From NCBI GenBank assembly GCA_045863395.1, contig BTVJ01000010.1, forward strand, positions 64,001 to 128,000: a stretch of DNA of 64,000 nt, read 5' to 3'. This document shows, piece after piece, positions 44,900 through 53,625 of this stretch. The notes beneath the pieces are model-generated. The model saw only the letters and a program-made list of their open reading frames with translations, had not been told where the DNA came from and ran no database searches. This DNA comes from Myxococcales bacterium. Lineage in GTDB: Bacteria; Myxococcota_A; UBA9042; JABWCM01; BTVJ01. The stretch's first letter is position 1. The number at the start of each line of letters is the position of its first letter. A program made the translations under genes and the position numbers.

Positions 44900-47767
44900 T
44901 CAGCGCCGCCACGCCACCTCGCCAGCCCGCCACAGGCGGACGCGGCGCAGAAGGACGTCCGCGACCAGCAGGAACAGCGCGAGCCACAGCAGGTCGGCGT
45001 GGCGAGGCGTCGTGCGCCGGGAGACCTCACCGGTGGGGCGGAAGAGCTCCTCGGCGCCAGGATCCGACGATGCCCCGGTCAGCGCCGCCACCCGTGCGAG
45101 CAGGGCCGCGTTGACCCGATCGGCCAGGGCGTGCTCGTCCGGGTAGGGGTAGCTCACGGCCGCCCGCGCGGGGATCGCAGCGTCCTGGGCAGCCTCGGCC
45201 CCACCCGGAGCTCCACCGTCGCCCGCCGTCCCCTCTACCTCGGCCGCTCCATCGGCCCCCGCGCCGCCCCCAGCGCCCTCAACGCCCGCCTCCCCCTGTC
45301 CCCCGCCTCCGCCCGTCCCGCGCTCCGGCCCAGCGCGCGCCCGCAGCTCCGCATCGATCCGGTACGCCCCGAGCTCCGACACGGCCATCGTGCCCTCGTA
45401 CCGCCCGCTGGCCGTCTGCGACAGCCCGAGCGCCTTCACCTCCCCCCCGGGCAGCGTCACCCGCGCCCTCGCGTCGAGCCCGTTGACGAAGCGGTCGCCC
45501 TCGTCCACGGCGTCCACCTCCACCCGCAGCACGCCCCGCTCCACCGTCGCCGTCATGTCGTAGGTCTGCTCCTGCTCGGAGCGCATGGCGTCGCGCACGA
45601 GCTGGCGCCAGAACTGGGCGTACCCCTTCCACCGCACCCACGGGTAGCTCCACCGCGCCTTGACGTCACTGGTCCACACGAACACCCACCCCAGCCCGAG
45701 CCGCCACCGCGCCAGGAGTGGCTCTCCCCGGTGCGTCGTCAGGATCACCTCCGCGCGCGGCTTCGCCTTGGTGCTCACGTACCCGAGGAGCGGCGGCAGC
45801 GCGCCCAGGCCCCGCAGCACCTGGAGCCGAGAGAACCGAGGCTCCACGCGCGGCCGGAAGTGCTCCTCCACGACCGACGTCCGGCTGACCTGGGTGGTCT
45901 CCTTCATGAAGATCTTGGGGATGTTGTTGGCGTCGTTGGTGCTGTAGTAGCGCCCGCCCGCCAGCGCCGCGATCTGCTCCAGCAGGTCGCGGTCGGCGCT
46001 CTCGCCGACGGCGACCGTCGTCACCGTGATGCCGCCCCGGTACATGCGCCCCACCAGAGACTCGATGCCCTCGCGGCTCGCCTGGCCGTCCGTCAGCAGG
46101 ATGACGTGCTTCACCTGGGCATTGCTGTCGCGCAGCTCCTCGAAGGCAACATCGAGCGCCGGCAGGATCGCCGTCCCGCCGCCGGCCGTGATCTTCGACA
46201 GGTTGTTGATGATCCGCATGCGGTTCGACGCCGACTGGAGCCGCACCACCGGCATGGGCTCGTTGTCGAAGGCGACGACGCCGATCTGATCGTCCCGCTG
46301 GAGCACCTCCAGGGTCGCCTTGGCCGCCTCCTTGGCGAGCTCGATCTTCTGGCCGCTCATGGAGCCGGAGCGGTCAATCACCAGCATGAGCGCCAGCCCC
46401 GGGGTGTCCTTCTCTTTCTCCGCATCCAGCCTCACGGGCAACACGTTGCGCTCCAGGATCGTCCCGCCATAGCCCCCCGGCCCGAAGGAGTCGGGCCCGC
46501 CCGCCATGACGAAGGCCCCGCCGCGCCTCACATACGCCTCCACCGCCTGCATCTGCGCGTAGCCGAAGTTCTCTCGCCCCATGGCACCCTTCACGGGCAC
46601 ATCGCTGACCACCACAAGGTCGTACCGCCCGAGCTCCGCCGCGTTGCCAGGAATCCCCGCCGGACCGCGCAGGTCCACGTCGAAGTCCTCACTGAGGGCG
46701 GCGACGAGATCGCGGCTCGTGCGCGCCTCGCCCTCCACGTAGAGCACCCGCGGCTTCTTGGGCACCTCCACCACGGACTCCCAGCGGTTGTTGGACGCGA
46801 AGCGGTCTCCGGCCTCGGACGTACACTCCACGACCAAGCGCTTCGTGCCCCCCTCGTCCACGCGCACCTCGTCGAAGCGCACTGTCGCCTCCCCCACGAC
46901 CAGGTCGACGTCCGCCGCAGCCTCGACCGCGTCCACCCGGAGCACGCACCGCCCCCGCCCAGCCACGCTGGACTCGACCCGCGCGGTCACCGCGAAGGGC
47001 ACCCGCTCCTTGATCCCATCCGGTACAGTCAGCCCGCGGACCAGCATCTCCGGCCGTGGAGCGACCTCGGGAAACGCCCGCGTGAACACCTGCACTCCGA
47101 ATCTCCGGGCAGTCTCTGACTCCGCCAGCAGGTTCCCTCGCGTCTCGTTGCCGTCGCTCAGCAGCACCACCCGGTGGGTCACGCCGTCGGGCAGCATCCC
47201 GTAGGCCATGCGCAGCGCGGCCTGCAGATCCGTCCCGGCCGCATCCGGCGGCCGCACCAGGGCCGGCACCCGAGCCGCCTCAGGGTCCAGCGGCACCTCC
47301 CGGGGCGTCTCCGCAAACACGACCAGCCGCATTCCCGCGTCCCCCCGCGCGTCCCACGCCTCCTGGAGCACGACCCGCGCCCGGTCGAGCGCCGCATCCT
47401 GCACGGAGTCGCTCGCGTCCACCAAGAACACGGTCGCCACCTTCTTCGGGTCCTCCTCCACGAGCCGCGGGTCCGCCAGCGCACCCACCAGCGCCACGAT
47501 GAGCGCGCTGCGGACCAGCGCCCCGACGACCTGTTGAAGCAGAGGAAGATCGGTCAGCGTGTGGAGGCGCACCGCCCAGACGAAGGGCAGCAGCAGCAGG
47601 AGCCACAGCAGCTCCGGGCTCCCGAGCTCCATGTCCCGCGCCGCCAGCTCTGCCACGACCTCGGGCTGCCAGCGCCAGAAGGCGACCCACAGCCCGACGG
47701 ACGCCGCCACCACGAGGGCGTACCCCATGAGCGTCTTCCAGATGGGCCGGATGCGCCTCCTCGCCAC
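44900..47767 (-). CDS. Membrane protein with two VWA domains and a glutamine-amidotransferase-like domain
   Basis: MIDAS-like DASDS...LLSDGNET and DRSGSM...GGGT...LLTDG; FVMAGGPDSFGPGGY; N- and C-terminal transmembrane segments; GTG start with RBS GAGGGAG. Confidence 0.85.
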   Translation of the reverse strand: MARRRIRPIWKTLMGYALVVAASVGLWVAFWRWQPEVVAELAARDMELGSPELLWLLLLLPFVWAVRLHTLTDLPLLQQVVGALVRSALIVALVGALADPRLVEEDPKKVATVFLVDASDSVQDAALDRARVVLQEAWDARGDAGMRLVVFAETPREVPLDPEAARVPALVRPPDAAGTDLQAALRMAYGMLPDGVTHRVVLLSDGNETRGNLLAESETARRFGVQVFTRAFPEVAPRPEMLVRGLTVPDGIKERVPFAVTARVESSVAGRGRCVLRVDAVEAAADVDLVVGEATVRFDEVRVDEGGTKRLVVECTSEAGDRFASNNRWESVVEVPKKPRVLYVEGEARTSRDLVAALSEDFDVDLRGPAGIPGNAAELGRYDLVVVSDVPVKGAMGRENFGYAQMQAVEAYVRRGGAFVMAGGPDSFGPGGYGGTILERNVLPVRLDAEKEKDTPGLALMLVIDRSGSMSGQKIELAKEAAKATLEVLQRDDQIGVVAFDNEPMPVVRLQSASNRMRIINNLSKITAGGGTAILPALDVAFEELRDSNAQVKHVILLTDGQASREGIESLVGRMYRGGITVTTVAVGESADRDLLEQIAALAGGRYYSTNDANNIPKIFMKETTQVSRTSVVEEHFRPRVEPRFSRLQVLRGLGALPPLLGYVSTKAKPRAEVILTTHRGEPLLARWRLGLGWVFVWTSDVKARWSYPWVRWKGYAQFWRQLVRDAMRSEQEQTYDMTATVERGVLRVEVDAVDEGDRFVNGLDARARVTLPGGEVKALGLSQTASGRYEGTMAVSELGAYRIDAELRARAGPERGTGGGGGQGEAGVEGAGGGAGADGAAEVEGTAGDGGAPGGAEAAQDAAIPARAAVSYPYPDEHALADRVNAALLARVAALTGASSDPGAEELFRPTGEVSRRTTPRHADLLWLALFLLVADVLLRRVRLWRAGEVAWRR

Positions 47768-47775
47768 GCTCCCTC

Positions 47776-49743
47776 TCAGACCGTCATGCGACGGTGGTAG
47801 GTGAACCACTCCAGGGTCATGACCAGCAGCGCCAGCAACAACAGCGCCTTCCAGGGCTCTCGCGCCACCAGCTCCGCGGCGTCGTCCATCCAGGTGCGCG
47901 CCACCTCGGGCTTCGGCGGAGGCGGCGGCTTCGGCTTCCACGCCGGCAGCGCCAGGTCGGGCACGAGCAGAGACGACTCCCGCTCGTCGGCCAGGTTGGC
48001 CGCCAGGGCGAGCACGCCACCCCCGTCTCCAACCTCCCGGACCTCCCAGATGCCCGCCTCGGCGCCCCCGAAGAGCGCCTTCCCCTCGACCACCGGCGCC
48101 TCGAAGGGCGCCCCGAGGGGCGGCCGCACCGCCACGCGGTCGACCTTCCAGGGCACCGCCACGGCCCAGTCCGTCCCGGTCCGCCGACCGAGCAGCAGCG
48201 AGGCGTCGTCCGCGGCGAACCACTGGAGCGTGTTGACGATCATGACCGGAAAAGCATAGCGCAGCGGCAGGTCCGAGGCGCGCACGTCGAAGGCCCAGGC
48301 GACCAGGCGCTGCTCCCCCGCGGTCCGAGCGACGATCACCGGGTTGCCCGCCTGCGAGGACGCGACGACCTCGTCTCCCGGCTCCACGCCCAGCACCCGG
48401 AGCACGCCGATGTTCAGATCCACCAGCGAGACCTTCCACATGAGCGGGTGCCCCTTCTTGGAGCGCGACACGTCGGGCAGCAGCTCCTCGCCCGTCACCG
48501 GAAACGGCGAGCCCTCCCGAGGGGGATCGACCAGCAGGAAGTTGCCAGCCCCCAGCTCCGATGGCACGAACCGGTCCAAGATGGTGACGTCATACCCGCT
48601 CGCCCCCAAATAATCTACCGGCGCCACCTTGTCGAAGCTCAGGTTCTCGCGCAGGAAGAGCGCCGCCTCGAGATACAGGTTGTCGTCCGTCACGAGCTGC
48701 ACCCGCAGGCGCTTGCGCTCGGGTACGACGCCAAAGGCGAAGTCGTCGCGCGGCAGCACGTCGCGGACGGCCGCCCCTCCATCCGAGACAATGCGCGCCC
48801 CGAAGCGGCTCCCCGGAAACTCCACGTCCGGGATGAACCCGTCCGACGTGGTGCCGGGCGCGAGCACCACCGGGTAGCTCCCGACGACGTTCGCATCCCG
48901 GAACAGGCTGTCCGCGTCCCGGTCCTCCCCGCTCGCATACAGCAAGAGGCTCGCCGGCACCGGGCGGTCGACGAAGCTGCGCGCCCTCCAGTAGATCTCG
49001 TAGCTCAGGCGGTCGTCGAGGCTCGGCCGCACGTGAAACGCCAGCAGGGCGAGGTTCTCCCCCCCCACTCCGACCCGCACCACCTGCAGCGGAATCCCCT
49101 CCAGCTCTTCATCCGTGGGCGCCTCGAAGCCCCCGTCGGTGACCAGCACGACCCGCGCCCCGTCTCTCCCCTCCACGAGGCTCCGCAGAAACGGCAGCGC
49201 CGCCCGCAGGTCCGTGCCCGTGTCCGTGGCCCGCAGCCGCCCCAGCGCACCGAGCAGCACGTCCTTGTCCGCCGTGAGGGGAGACACCGCCCGAGCGGTC
49301 GAGTCCAGCCGCACGACCATCCCCAGGTCCTGCGCCTCCAGCTCCCCAATCACCCTCTGACCCGCGTCCACGGCGGCCAGGAGCCGTCCGCCGCTCACGT
49401 CCGTCGCCCTCATGCTGGCCGACGCGTCCACCACCAGGATGGTCGTCGTCGGCGGAGGCGGCTCCTCCACTGCCGCCCCACCACACCCGCCATCCAAGCG
49501 CGGCTCCGCCAGCGCGAGCACGATGGCGGCGAGCACGAGCAACTGCACGAGCAGGCTCAACAGGCGCTTGAGCCAGCTCAACAGCGCAGACGCCTTGCGC
49601 TCAGGGAGCACCCGCTGCCAGAGCGGCCCGAAGGGCACCCGCACCCGGCGCCGCCGCATCTTGATGAGATAGAGCACGACGATGGCGCCGCCGAAGGCCC
49701 CGAGCAGGGTCCAGAGCTGCTCCATGGCCATGACGGTCGTCAT
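47776..49743 (-). CDS. BatA-like N-terminal / VWA domain membrane protein
   Basis: VVLYLIKMRRRR...LALAEP; DASASM...LVTDG; C-terminal LMTLEW. Confidence 0.85.
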   Translation of the reverse strand: MTTVMAMEQLWTLLGAFGGAIVVLYLIKMRRRRVRVPFGPLWQRVLPERKASALLSWLKRLLSLLVQLLVLAAIVLALAEPRLDGGCGGAAVEEPPPPTTTILVVDASASMRATDVSGGRLLAAVDAGQRVIGELEAQDLGMVVRLDSTARAVSPLTADKDVLLGALGRLRATDTGTDLRAALPFLRSLVEGRDGARVVLVTDGGFEAPTDEELEGIPLQVVRVGVGGENLALLAFHVRPSLDDRLSYEIYWRARSFVDRPVPASLLLYASGEDRDADSLFRDANVVGSYPVVLAPGTTSDGFIPDVEFPGSRFGARIVSDGGAAVRDVLPRDDFAFGVVPERKRLRVQLVTDDNLYLEAALFLRENLSFDKVAPVDYLGASGYDVTILDRFVPSELGAGNFLLVDPPREGSPFPVTGEELLPDVSRSKKGHPLMWKVSLVDLNIGVLRVLGVEPGDEVVASSQAGNPVIVARTAGEQRLVAWAFDVRASDLPLRYAFPVMIVNTLQWFAADDASLLLGRRTGTDWAVAVPWKVDRVAVRPPLGAPFEAPVVEGKALFGGAEAGIWEVREVGDGGGVLALAANLADERESSLLVPDLALPAWKPKPPPPPKPEVARTWMDDAAELVAREPWKALLLLALLVMTLEWFTYHRRMTV

Positions 49744-50651
49744 TGCAGGAAGCCCCCGGCCCGAAACACTCTCAAGATCAGATCATCGAACGGAGTCTGG
49801 ATGGACGCCCGGAAGTACGGCAGCAGGTGCGCCTTGCACCAAGCCTCCGCCTCGTGGCTCAGCTCCGTGTGGGCCTTGCGGTACGCCTCCAGCAGCCCGC
49901 GGGTGATGGTCACGTCCCGCTCGCGCCCGGTCTCGCAGTCGATGAGGCGAAGGTCCCCCAGGATCTCGGGCCGCAGCTCGTTCTCGTCCCACACGTGGAC
50001 GACGAACGGCTGAAACCGGTGGTATCGGAGATAGTTCAGCCCCGCCTCCCAGCCGCGCTCGTCGTACAGGTCGCTCACGACGACCACGAGTCCCCGACGC
50101 CGGTTCTGGTGCACGAAGCTCTTGGCCGCCTCCTCCAGTCGCGTCGGCCCACCCACCGGGGTCCCCTGCAGAAAGTCGATGATCTTGAAGATCTGGCCCT
50201 TTCCCCGCGCTGGCGGCAGCCTGCCCACCACCCCGCTCGCAAACGGCACCACCGCCACCCGGTCCATGTTGGCGAGCCCTATATAGCCCAACGCCGCGGC
50301 GACGCGCATTGCGTAGGCCCACTTGGGCCCATCCCCCAGGTCCAGATCCATGGAGTCGCTGACGTCGATCATCAGATAGATGCTGAGGTCCTCTTCCTCT
50401 TCATACAGGCGGACCAGCATCTTCTCCGTGCGCCCGAACACGCTCCAGTCGAGATACCGGAAGTCGTCTCCCGGCGCGTAGTCCCGGTGGTCGGCAAACT
50501 CGATGCCGCTGCCCAGCTTCTTGCTGCGCCGGTCCGCGCGGCTCTGCCCGGCGAACAGCTTGCGCGAGACGATGTGCAGATACTCGAGGCGATTCAGGAA
50601 CTCTTCGTCGAACAGCTCCCGCGCCGCCTTCCGGGCCCGCGCCTCCGCCAT
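49740..50651 (-). CDS. DUF58 domain protein
   Basis: GSGIEFADHRDYAPGDDFRYLDW, DVSDSM, VVSDL. Confidence 0.92.
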   Translation of the reverse strand: MAEARARKAARELFDEEFLNRLEYLHIVSRKLFAGQSRADRRSKKLGSGIEFADHRDYAPGDDFRYLDWSVFGRTEKMLVRLYEEEEDLSIYLMIDVSDSMDLDLGDGPKWAYAMRVAAALGYIGLANMDRVAVVPFASGVVGRLPPARGKGQIFKIIDFLQGTPVGGPTRLEEAAKSFVHQNRRRGLVVVVSDLYDERGWEAGLNYLRYHRFQPFVVHVWDENELRPEILGDLRLIDCETGRERDVTITRGLLEAYRKAHTELSHEAEAWCKAHLLPYFRASIQTPFDDLILRVFRAGGFLQ

Positions 50652-51652
50652 TACATCCTCCGGGCCTTGTGCGCCGCCTTCACGACCTCGTCGAGGATGT
50701 CGTCGCTCTTCACCCCCTCCGCCTCGCCCTCGAAGTTCAGGATGAGCCGGTGCCGCAGCGCGGGCTTGACCACGCGCTCCACGTCGCTGTCCGCCACGTT
50801 GTAGCGCCCGTCCATGACCGCGAGGATCTTGGACGCGAGCACGATTGCCTGGGCCCCGCGGGGGCTCGCCCCGTAGCGCACGTACTTCTTCGTGATGGCC
50901 GGCGCCTCGTCGTGCTGCGGGTGCGTCCCCTGCACGATGCGCACGGCCAGGTCCACCACGTGGGTGGGGGCCTCCGCCTCCAGGGCCAGGGCCCGCATCT
51001 CCAGGATCTTCTCCCGGTTGGCGACCTTCCGCACGCTCGGCTCCGCCAGGTGGGTCGTCCGGTCGAGGATGCTCCGCAGCTCGTCCCGGTTTGGATACTC
51101 CACCCGCAGCTTGAACAGGAAGCGGTCGAGCTGCGCCTCGGGGAGCGGGTAGGTCCCCTCCATCTCCAGCGGGTTCTGGGTCGCGAGCACGAAGAAGGGC
51201 TTGTCCAACGTGTAGGTGCGCTTCGAGACGGTGACCGTCTTCTCCTGCATGGCCTCCAGCAACGCCGACTGGGTCTTGGGCGTCGCCCGGTTGATCTCGT
51301 CGGCGAGCACCATGTTCGCAAACACGGGCCCAGGCTGGAACTCAAAGTGCTTCCCCTGCCCCGATCCCTCCACGATCATGTTCGTCCCCAGGATGTCCGC
51401 CGGCATGAGGTCCGGCGTGAACTGGATGCGCGAGAAGGACAGGTCGAGCACGTCCGCCAGGGTGCGGACGAGCCGGGTCTTTCCCAGGCCCGGGACGCCC
51501 TCCAGCAGGGCGTGGCCGCCCGCCAGCAGGCACGTGAACACGCCGTCCACGATAGCGCTCTGGCCGACCATCACCTTGCCGATCTCCTCACGGATGGCCG
51601 CATAGTCCCGCTTGAACTGCTGCACCTTCTGCTCGACGCTCATCACGTTCAT
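50651..51652 (-). CDS. moxR: MoxR family AAA+ ATPase
   Basis: EGVPGLGKT, RIQFTPDLMPADILG, LADEINRATPKTQSALLEAM, TQNPLEMEGTYPLPEAQLDRF, GASPRG. Confidence 0.95.
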   Translation of the reverse strand: MNVMSVEQKVQQFKRDYAAIREEIGKVMVGQSAIVDGVFTCLLAGGHALLEGVPGLGKTRLVRTLADVLDLSFSRIQFTPDLMPADILGTNMIVEGSGQGKHFEFQPGPVFANMVLADEINRATPKTQSALLEAMQEKTVTVSKRTYTLDKPFFVLATQNPLEMEGTYPLPEAQLDRFLFKLRVEYPNRDELRSILDRTTHLAEPSVRKVANREKILEMRALALEAEAPTHVVDLAVRIVQGTHPQHDEAPAITKKYVRYGASPRGAQAIVLASKILAVMDGRYNVADSDVERVVKPALRHRLILNFEGEAEGVKSDDILDEVVKAAHKARRM

Positions 51653-51671
51653 CCTGCTCCAGCCGCCCCGC

Positions 51672-53549
51672 TCACCGGGGGCGGATCAAGTCGAAGTATC
51701 GCTGCACGTAGCGGCGGGTCCCCTTCGGGATCTGCTCCTTCTCCATGTCCTCCTCCACCACGCCCGAATAGTCGTGGTGGACCTTGCGCCACGCGGTCCC
51801 CGTGAACCCCTGCGACGCCGCCCCCTGGATGGTCTCGCTCCTCCCGGTCCCCTCCTGCTTCTGGCCCGCGACGAAGGTGTCCTGGCGCTTGGCGTCGAGC
51901 TTCGTGTCCTTGCCCAGCAGGTTCGGGTCGTGCTCGTCACCCGGCGCGTCGGACCCAGACGCAATGTCCATCTTCTGACCCTTGCCGCCCTGCCCCTCCA
52001 TGACCACCATCTCCCCCTTCTTGCCCGTGCCCTCCCCGAGCGTCATGCCCTCCTTGCCCTGGCCCTTCTGGCCCGGCTTCTCGCCGCCCGCCCGCGTGTA
52101 GAAGTCCTCGAGCTTGCCGCGCTGGCCCTTCTTCTTGTCTCCGGGCCGCGGCTCCCCCTCCGGGCCCTCCTTCCCCTCTCCCTGCCCGGACTGGCGCGCC
52201 CGCCGCAGCAGCTCCCGCATCTCCTCCATGCTCACGCGCGCGACCTTGACCGCCTTCTTCTGCGCCCCCTGCCGCGACAGGCGCCGCATCTCCTCCGCGG
52301 CGCGTGACAGGGCGTCCTGGTCCTGGTTCTCCCCCTGCCCGCCCTTCTGCCGCCGGAGCTCGTCCGCGGCCGACTGCATGTCCCGTGTCAGCCGCTCCAG
52401 CGACTTCTGGCTCGGCGACTGCTGCTGCTGCTGCCGCGCGAGCTGCTCCAGCTCCTTCTTCTTCTTCTGGAGCCTGTCCTCCTCCCGCTTGGACATGCGC
52501 TCCCCCGCGTCCTTCTTCTTCTGGAGGCGGTCCACCTCCTTCTTCACGGCGTCCATGTCCTGCTTCGGGTCCTTCAGGGCGTCGGCCAGCTTCTGGAGCT
52601 CCTTGGCGAGCTGGTCGCGCGCCTTCTTGTCCTTGCGGTCCTGGTCTGCCAGCTTCTTGAGCTCCTCCGACGCCTTGGCCAGGTCCCCTCGCTCCAGCGC
52701 CCCTTTGAGGTCCTTCGTCGCCTTGGCCTGGAGCTCCTTGGCGGCGTCGCGGAGCCGCTGCTCCACCTCCGCGTGGCGGGCCAGCTCCGACTGCTCGAGG
52801 GCCTGCGCCTTGTCCTCCAGCCTTGCGAGGCGCTCGAAGACCTCGCGCCCCGTCGCCCGCCCCTCCCTCACGTCCTCGACGAGCTCCTCCAGCTCCTTCA
52901 GAAGCGCAGCGGCCTGCTCCCCCTGGAGGTCCTTCAGGGTCTCGGCGAGGCGCTCCATGGTCTCGTCGAGGGCCTCCCGCTCTGGCGTGGCGAGCCGCGG
53001 CTCCTCGATCTTCGGGGGCCGCAGCGGCGTCGACCTGCGCACCGCGTGGGCCTCGCCGCCCGGCAGGGGCAGCTCGATCCACAAGGTCGCCCCAGCGCCG
53101 ACGACCACGGCCGCGAGCGACAGCAGGTGCCGCGGAGCCCGTAGCGGCGCCGCTCGCTTGGGCACCGCCTGCCCGACATGCGCCACGGCGTCCGCCATGG
53201 CGGCAACCATGAAGGGCGTGGGTGACGCCTCCCGCGCGAAGGACGTCGCAGCGGCGAGGCGGTCGCGCAGCTCGGAGGCGTCGTCCAGCCGCTTGGCGGC
53301 CGCCACGTCCGAGATGCGCGTCAAGAGCCCCGCCAGGAGCCCCAGCGCAGCGATGCCGGCGACCACGAGGGGGAGCGTGTCGAGGACCGGGGGTGGGAGC
53401 CACCCGAGGCGCAGCGCGTGCAGCCCGACCACCCACACCCCGGCCGCGACGATGAGCGCGACGACCGAGCGGTCCGCCATGCGCTGGAGCACGACGCGCC
53501 GGCGGACGCGGCGGATCGCGCGGCGGATTGTGCTCAGGTCAGGCGTCAT
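51672..53549 (-). CDS. Membrane-anchored coiled-coil protein, MoxR-operon associated
   Basis: Three N-terminal transmembrane segments, long Lys/Glu/Gln coiled coil, Gly-rich linker, C-terminal EQIPKGTRRYVQRYF. Confidence 0.82.
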   Translation of the reverse strand: MTPDLSTIRRAIRRVRRRVVLQRMADRSVVALIVAAGVWVVGLHALRLGWLPPPVLDTLPLVVAGIAALGLLAGLLTRISDVAAAKRLDDASELRDRLAAATSFAREASPTPFMVAAMADAVAHVGQAVPKRAAPLRAPRHLLSLAAVVVGAGATLWIELPLPGGEAHAVRRSTPLRPPKIEEPRLATPEREALDETMERLAETLKDLQGEQAAALLKELEELVEDVREGRATGREVFERLARLEDKAQALEQSELARHAEVEQRLRDAAKELQAKATKDLKGALERGDLAKASEELKKLADQDRKDKKARDQLAKELQKLADALKDPKQDMDAVKKEVDRLQKKKDAGERMSKREEDRLQKKKKELEQLARQQQQQSPSQKSLERLTRDMQSAADELRRQKGGQGENQDQDALSRAAEEMRRLSRQGAQKKAVKVARVSMEEMRELLRRARQSGQGEGKEGPEGEPRPGDKKKGQRGKLEDFYTRAGGEKPGQKGQGKEGMTLGEGTGKKGEMVVMEGQGGKGQKMDIASGSDAPGDEHDPNLLGKDTKLDAKRQDTFVAGQKQEGTGRSETIQGAASQGFTGTAWRKVHHDYSGVVEEDMEKEQIPKGTRRYVQRYFDLIRPR

Positions 53550-53625
53550 GCGGGCTCCTGGGGTCGCGCCGGAAGCGGGCGCACCTGCCCTGGGACGTTT
53601 GAGGGGCCCGGAAGTTTCCCGACCC